A DNA stretch of 64,000 nucleotides, taken from NCBI RefSeq assembly GCF_000143415.4, contig NW_003314337.1, forward strand, positions 373,036 through 437,035, in the 5' to 3' direction. Numbering within the stretch: the stretch's first letter is position 1; each line of letters starts with the position of its first letter. The DNA comes from Selaginella moellendorffii. Taxonomy: Eukaryota; Plantae; Lycopodiophyta. The translations under genes and the position numbers were made by a program. Below, piece after piece: positions 57,630 to 64,000 of the stretch. The notes beneath the pieces are model-generated. The model was given only the letters and a program-made list of their open reading frames with translations. It made no database searches and was not told where the DNA came from.

Positions 57630-58372
57630 GCTAGCTGCATAGATCCAAGGCACGCATCGTTCCTACTAGAACCCTAGATTTTGGTTTTAGAAACACAAAG
57701 CAAAGATTGACAGCTGGTCGACCCTCTTTGGCTACCGTTCTGACGTATGGAGTCCTGGCTAAGTGTCTTCACAGTTTGTCACAACATAAGGTTCTTTGCC
57801 TTCTACCTTTTAGTATAAATGAGGTTTGTCTATTCTACTGACACAGAAAGTGACTGTGTGATACTGTGTGACACTGGGATGTCTTTGCAGGCAGTTCTCT
57901 CCATTTCTCACGATGCCCTTGCTCTGGCTCTGGACAAATTCGATCTTTTAACGCAGGTTTGTTTTTGTTGAAACTAGTTCTTGCATCTAACTTGTCTCTT
58001 GGTTTGCAGAAACCAAAGCAGTCCCTAATTCTGTACAACTTGTTGGATCTATTGCAGTCGCCCTCTTCCCAAGCAGCTACAATTCATACTGGTATATATC
58101 TCTTTTCGCAAAGAAACTCTTTTTCCTGCCAATCAACTCAAGTGAGATCTCGCTTTCGTAAGACATGATCCTTTTGCTTCCTCCTTCCAGTGAAGAGATC
58201 ACCAGGCAAGCTTTCCTTTTCATCAATTCCTCGTCAGATTTCTAGAAACGGTGCTAGTTATTCCAGTTTCGTGGTCCCCACAAGGGATCCAACTGCAACT
58301 CTCGATGTTTTCCTGGAACGTTGGTTATTTATTTTCTGCAGAAGCTTAAACGACTGGAGAACTTACGAGTCT

Positions 58373-60395
58373 TCACGCGCTAGCTCCCACTGGTTGTCGC
58401 CGGATACGCTTCTGGTTCCTTTTGCGAATCTTGGGCAAGGAAAGCATCCACTCGGGCACATCACAGCCAGAAGCTTTCATGACGTTGGCGATAGACCGCA
58501 GCAATGGAACGTCTTCCTCGGCATACAGTGTCAAAGCATTTCCTGGCCGGCCAGCTCGACCACTGCGTCCTGCAATACAAAAGCTGGTTTTATGAAGTGA
58601 ACTTGAAAAGTGGAAACTTTTGGTTTTATAGTTACCTATGCGATGAATGTACACTGTTGTATCCTGGGGAACATCGTAGTTTATGACCCAGTTCACGCCC
58701 TTGAAATCCATTCCTCGTGCCATTAGATCTGTTGCTATGAGAATCCATGTCTTGCCAGTTCGAAAGTTAAGAACAGCAATCTCACGCTAAAAAAAAAAAC
58801 GTTACTTCCAAAAGAAAGAAGAGAAGAAGACAATAACTAAACCTGTGTTTGCGTGCGATCCGCATGAATACTGTCCACTCTAAGCTTCTCTGACAACAAA
58901 GCTTTATGAAGCTGTTTTGCCCGTTCCTTGCATTGCACGAAGAGTATGATCGGTGGTGAAAGCCCCTATGTAAACAGGGATGTATAAAAGAGCAAAAGGG
59001 AGAACTTCGTCACAGAAATTACCTCCTTGAAGAATTGTTTCAAGGCTAACAATTTGCCTTCCTCGTTACCAGCATACATGAGCTTCTGCTGGACTGTCTC
59101 AGAAGCTGAATTCCTGCATCGCTTACTGTTAAACCCCCTGACATTTGAAGTAAACTAGGTGGTTTTCCAAATGTCACCTATCTCCGATCACGATACGAAT
59201 GGCATCGTGCATAATGGTTCTTGCAAGTTCCTCCACTGTCTCAGGCAGTGTTGCACTGAATAATGCTCTCACAATGTTTGTCCGGGTGCAGGCGCTCACG
59301 ATAGAATCGATTTGCTGCATAAATCCAAGCTCAAAAAGCTTGTCGGATTCATCCAGGATAAAATACTCGACACTGGGGGAAACAAGTAAACACCATTTAA
59401 ACTAAAAGAGAAACGCATACCGTTTTAAATCGATTTTTTCCGACTTGACAAGCTTATCCAGGCGTAGAGGCGTTGATACTAGAATATCACAGCGAAGGCT
59501 AGCAAAATCCGGGTTCTTAAAAAGCCTTTTTGTCAGCAATCTCGCACGGATCTTACTGCCATTTGCTAGCCTCCTACATTCCGTGATAAGCTGTGCCGCC
59601 AACTCACGTGTAGGACACAGGATCACTGCTCTGATACCATCTGGGCTCGACTTCTACAAAGTGAACAAGATTTAGCACTTCATCTAGTATCAAGTAAGAA
59701 CCTGGTACCTTCAGTTTCATTAAGATCGGCAGAATGAATGCCAAAGATTTGCCAGAACCAGTGGGAGCACAGACAAAACATTCGCGTTCCTAAAAAGAGA
59801 AAACCTTGTAAACAGGATAGAAATAATCAGATTTGTTTTCGTACCTGAAGGAGAACCGGAATAACTTGCCTTTGCACTGGTGTTGGCTCCTTGTAGCCGG
59901 CTTCCACCAAGTTTTTTATCAAATTTGGCTCACAGTCGTATCTACAATTCATAAGAAATCCAAATTCTAACAGTCTGGATTGAAGGATACTCCGAGCTAA
60001 GCTGCTGGAAACTCCTGAGAGGCTGAGGAACATTATCACCGGCAGCACGAATCTTAAGTTTTTTCTTCAGCGACGGAATGTCCTGTAGCAATTCTCTATG
60101 AGTGAGATATGAGTGAGAGTGTTAGCGAAATGGATGAATGTATCACCTTTAGCTCTAGATCCTCTCCAGCATTCTCTAAAGAAAAGAAGTAAACAACATG
60201 TACTTTCATATTATAGAAACTAACCTCCATTTGCGTTTGAGAAGTCGGATTTTCTCTTCTTCTGTGGAACATTGTGATTTATTTACCGCCCCTACAGAAG
60301 GACTGGAAGAAGCTTACCTCGAATCGGGCGATGTCGGCTGAGAATCGCCTCTTGTCGATTCGCACTCCAGAGAAGAGCAGCGACTGAGGATCCAT
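58373..60395 (-). CDS. RH57: DEAD-box RNA helicase RH57 (DDX52/Rok1)
   Basis: GYKEPTPVQRQ; APTGSGKS; PTRELAAQ; STPLRL; LDESDKLF (DESD); FSATL; ARGMDFKGVN; HRIG|RSGRAGR. Confidence 0.92.
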
Positions 60396-60477
60396 CACAA
60401 ACCCATAAACCCTAAAACTAAAACCCTAAAACGTATCTTTCATTTGAATTTCTCCAAGGAGGAGCGAGGGTTTTGTG
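60396..60477. promoter_or_regulatory. 82-bp divergent spacer with tandem telo-boxes
   Basis: AAACCCTAA twice (60407-60429) plus AGGGTTTT before the FLIP ATG. Confidence 0.7.
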
Positions 60478-63429
60478 ATGGATCTGCTCGAGGCGCTGGA
60501 GCGATCCGAGGTATGATCCACATTTCTTCCAGCTCGCGTTTTGATCTGGCGCCACAGATCGTGGAGGAGCGGATTGCGCTGTTCAAGCTGCTTGAAACAA
60601 GCGGCATTTCTTCCGATTATGCTCGATCCGTCGCCATCGCTCTTTTTGTAAGTTATTTATTCGCTTAGTTTGCAGTCTAATTCTTTTCAATATTCTCCAG
60701 AAATCTTGGAAGATGTCTCGAAGTCAAGAACTCGAGTATCGTCTAGAAATCCTTGCTACTGCTTCGTCACAGATTTCTGCAAATGAGAACAATGGAGCAC
60801 TGCTCGTGAAGTATGGTGAAATCGCCAGTGAGGTAAGCATCCCAGTTCATTTTTCTTCTTGTTCCTATTTTTCTTGTCAGGCTTGCGCATGGTTTGCTGA
60901 TGATTCATGTGCCGAAACGGTGAGACTAGATTTCTACCTAGCTTGGACGTCTCGTCTCGCTTATTCTATTTTACTTTTTCCTTGCAGGCGCAGTTGCCGC
61001 TTCTAAGGTTGATCTCGGCTCTTTTCTCCCAGTCCGATCTTCTATTGTGCGAACCCGATATCACGTTTAAGGCGCTCTTAGAAAACTACTTGCGCTTCGT
61101 CAAAGCGGCGTCTTTATCCGAGGTAATGTTTTTCATGCTCTCGGGTTTTGAGTTCCTTTCTTTTTATCACCTAGGCGTTCCGAGATGCTTCAAAGGAGAT
61201 TCAATTGGCACACTCTACGTCTCTGAAGCTGATGACAGATACTGTGCTGAAGAAGCTTACGACCGCTCGCTTCAGCAGTGGCATGCACGAGATTTATGCT
61301 TGCGTGCTGCAAGCTTTGGTTGAGATTGGGGCGAAAGCGGCAGCCCCCGGCTTGGTGAGCGTATCATGGAGGGTTGCAGCACGACTTCTCGAAATGGAAG
61401 CGTTTCACGATGTTGCAGCCAGAAGCGTTAGTATTTCCAACATTATATCCACACTTTTGTCGCTGGCATCAGAATGGCTCACACTGGCTCTCAGGCCTAC
61501 GCAGTCTCTACTTGACGACACCTCTGGCAACCTGAAAAGTCAGCACCTCGTTATGGTGAAGTTTTACGTCGTCCATGCTCTTCGTATTTCTCGTGCTTAT
61601 CTCTCGGAAGCAGTGTTGGTGCAGAAAGCGATTGTGGGGTTCTCCATAAACATCTCAGCGTTACTCCTGGTTCTGGAAAATGGCCAGTTTCTGGAGACCA
61701 TATCGAATGATATCTCTGTGCAAGTTGCTCCGCCATCGCTCGCTTTTCTTCACACGCTTCTCAGCTCCGAGAAAATCCAGGTTCACTCAAAAAGAGAGCT
61801 TATCGAGTATCTCACGAACGGAGACGTTCAGCTGGAAGACATGGTGGTGAATGTCCTTGGCGAAGCTGCTAGTTGCCAGAGATACTCGTCGGCGGCACAG
61901 GTTGTTGTTTTTATCCAACTGTTGCAACTATCCAGGGAATTTCAAGCGGACGTTCTATTTCAACTCTCAAGAAAGCTCGACTGGTTGCTGGAAAGGCTGT
62001 CAGAAATGCCTCTTCATGCAATGCTACTCCAGCAGAGGGCCCTGGTATCGATCGACGCCAAGCCAGGAATGCAACTGCTTTATCTGTCGGTCTTGCAAGC
62101 TTTGGAAGCATTTGTATTAGCTGCTGCTTCAAAAGTGGAGGTATGGGAGGAGGTGGAACGCTTCATTTTCGGGAACGCAATTCACAGGTTTTCGATTTGC
62201 CGAGAGTTGCTGCTAGATCTTTGGAGCTTTATTTTTAAAGTCGGAAACGAGAAGCTCTGTCAGGCTCACCTGGAGGCTCTACTCTCACTATATCGGTATT
62301 TGTCGTCTTCAAGCTACGGAGACATGCATTCCGAAATTCTTCAAGACTTCGCCAGACTCATTTGCCGGTTGGCAAAGTTTGCGCCGGGTTCGGTACGAGC
62401 CAGGCTGACGTCTTCAGTTTTCAAGAGAGATGTCTTCACAGCGAAGTCCTCCGCAGTGATTGCTTCACTCCTTCTACGACGAGGTTTCGCTATTCCGAAA
62501 AATATTGCGCTGGAACAAGTGCGTGCTGCTTTGGACGTCATTTCTTCCAATTCTTTCCCCACAAAAGAGGAGGCTCTTTCAATCCTGCTCGACTTGTCGT
62601 CTGAGAGGTAAAAAGCTCTTACTTTTTCTGATGGCGTACTAACACAAGCTTTCTCAGCCATACTTTCCAACGTGACGTTTCAAACAAAATCTCAAAACTG
62701 TTACTCAGCATCATAGACAAAGCAGCGGTTGGAAGTCCACTCTTGAGCAAAGCAGTACTCGGTTTGGCGAGGTTGAAGGCGGTGTTCAGTGATGCGGATA
62801 TTGAGAAGGCTGTGATTACGTTAAACAACAAGCTATCATCGCATCACGAGCAGCTCGAAGACAGACCGGAGTTGAAGATTCATCTCCCAGAGCTTTTGAC
62901 AAGCTTGGCCGACTTTACCTTCCAGGAAGAGGAGCCGGACTCTCAAATCCAGGCCATCTGGAAGCTTTATCATCTGGCTCTGGCGGAGAAACACTGGGCT
63001 CTGGTTCACGCCGGCCTCACATCATTCAGCGAGTTTGCTGCGACAACCTCATGCAACGATCTCTGGAGGTTTCTTCCAGCCGACGCTGCTCTATCATTCG
63101 ACTCCTCCGGGGACACGGTCATGGAGGACGGCTTCATGGCAGCAGTCCGCTTGTTCCTCGAGAAAGCCACGAACAGAACAACGCTGAGCATGAGTGACGG
63201 CGATCTCGAGCTCCTCAGAGAAGAGTGCGAGTCACAGAGAGCCTCGCAAGACAAGCTTCTTAGACAAACTGGCACAGCCAAACAGGAACAGGGGAACGAA
63301 GCCACTGCTGCCGTGACGAAGATACGAGAAGGAATAGCTTTGCTGCGAGAAGCTCCCCGCCAAAAGGAAATACTACACAAGCTGATCGCGGAGCTTCAAA
63401 GCTTACAGGACGTTCCTGGAACTCTATAA
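60478..63429 (+). CDS. FLIP: FIGL1-interacting protein FLIP/FIRRM (C1orf112/DUF4487-like), helical-repeat recombination regulator
   Basis: C-term IWKLYHLALAEKHWALVHAGLTSFSEFAATTSCNDLWRFLPADAALSFD matches the recalled plant FLIP/MEICA1 motif. Confidence 0.8.
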
Positions 63430-63624
63430 ACTCGAGGTAGAGTATGAGTTTATCGTTCTCGGTCTAACTCCATTCTTCTCACAGGAGAACGCGATGATCT
63501 CGACGATGATCTTAATCTCACTTCGACTACAGAGGAAAGATCTGGAATGTTAGAACAATCGACTACACTGGTAGATTGTCCATTTCATCTTTGAAAACTA
63601 GAGAATTGAGCGTGCTTGTGAACA

Positions 63625-64000
63625 TTACGTAGTGTTGCGGCGGGAGCTAATCCGAGAACTCCGTCTGGGTGGTGGCGACGAGCTCTCACCATTCTTTGGA
63701 CTGCTGGAAGAAGTATTTGCACGAAGATCGCCTTCGCCACTCTCGTTCTCGGGGCTAGAGCTCGGAGGATCCGGGACACCAGCCTCGTCGGCGGCAGCGA
63801 CTTGACTCTTCTTCCTGAGCTTCCTTCTCGACTTTCGACCACTTCCTCGAGCATCATTGGCGGGACTTGGCAAAGGAACTTCTTCTTCTCGACCACCATC
63901 ATCGACTACTCCCTTCCTCTTTTTCTTCTCGTTGCTGGAGCTGGGCGCCGGCGATTTGGCCCCCTCGTCCTCCTCAGATCGAAGCTTGCTAATCCGGCCC
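63625..64000 (-). CDS. 3' end of a gene running off the window; basic/acidic low-complexity tail
   Basis: Open frame ..EKKKRKG..RKSRRKLRKK..PPPRRSSRISSRRNTT*. Confidence 0.55.
   Translation of the reverse strand, partial: GRISKLRSEEDEGAKSPAPSSSNEKKKRKGVVDDGGREEEVPLPSPANDARGSGRKSRRKLRKKSQVAAADEAGVPDPPSSSPENESGEGDLRANTSSSSPKNGESSSPPPRRSSRISSRRNTT

Overview
Eukaryotic land-plant nuclear DNA. It is very gene-dense, with 45-65 bp introns, tiny intergenic spacers with telo-boxes, intronless PLS-class PPR genes and a phosphotransacetylase. This best fits a lycophyte such as Selaginella moellendorffii (inference, not verified). About 22 intact genes were reconstructed by eye: ARP9, sterol C5-desaturase, WAT1/UMAMIT, PHD-ELM2 protein, GAUT10/11-like, PTA, NOP15/NIFK-like, SEC3, two PLS-E PPRs, IST1-like, F-box, a pseudokinase, QCR8, BTB, TMEM120, a TPR protein, RH57/DDX52, FLIP/FIRRM and several orphans. 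Gypsy, LINE and TRIM relics and pseudogene fragments lie between them. Main points: (1) a head-to-head pair of intronless, probably mitochondrion-targeted paralogues that share an unrecognised ~100-aa domain, with ATGs 101 bp apart; (2) an intron-rich, bacterial-type phosphate acetyltransferase whose ATG is 39 bp from the ATG of a divergent nucleolar RRM gene; (3) two partial tandem duplications across convergent gene 3' ends, each enclosing 6-8 kb of gene fragments or TE debris; (4) a 1025-bp TG..CA element with a perfect 5-bp TSD and tandem 156-bp PBS-bearing units. Exon boundaries and family calls come from reading and recall only; no searches were run.
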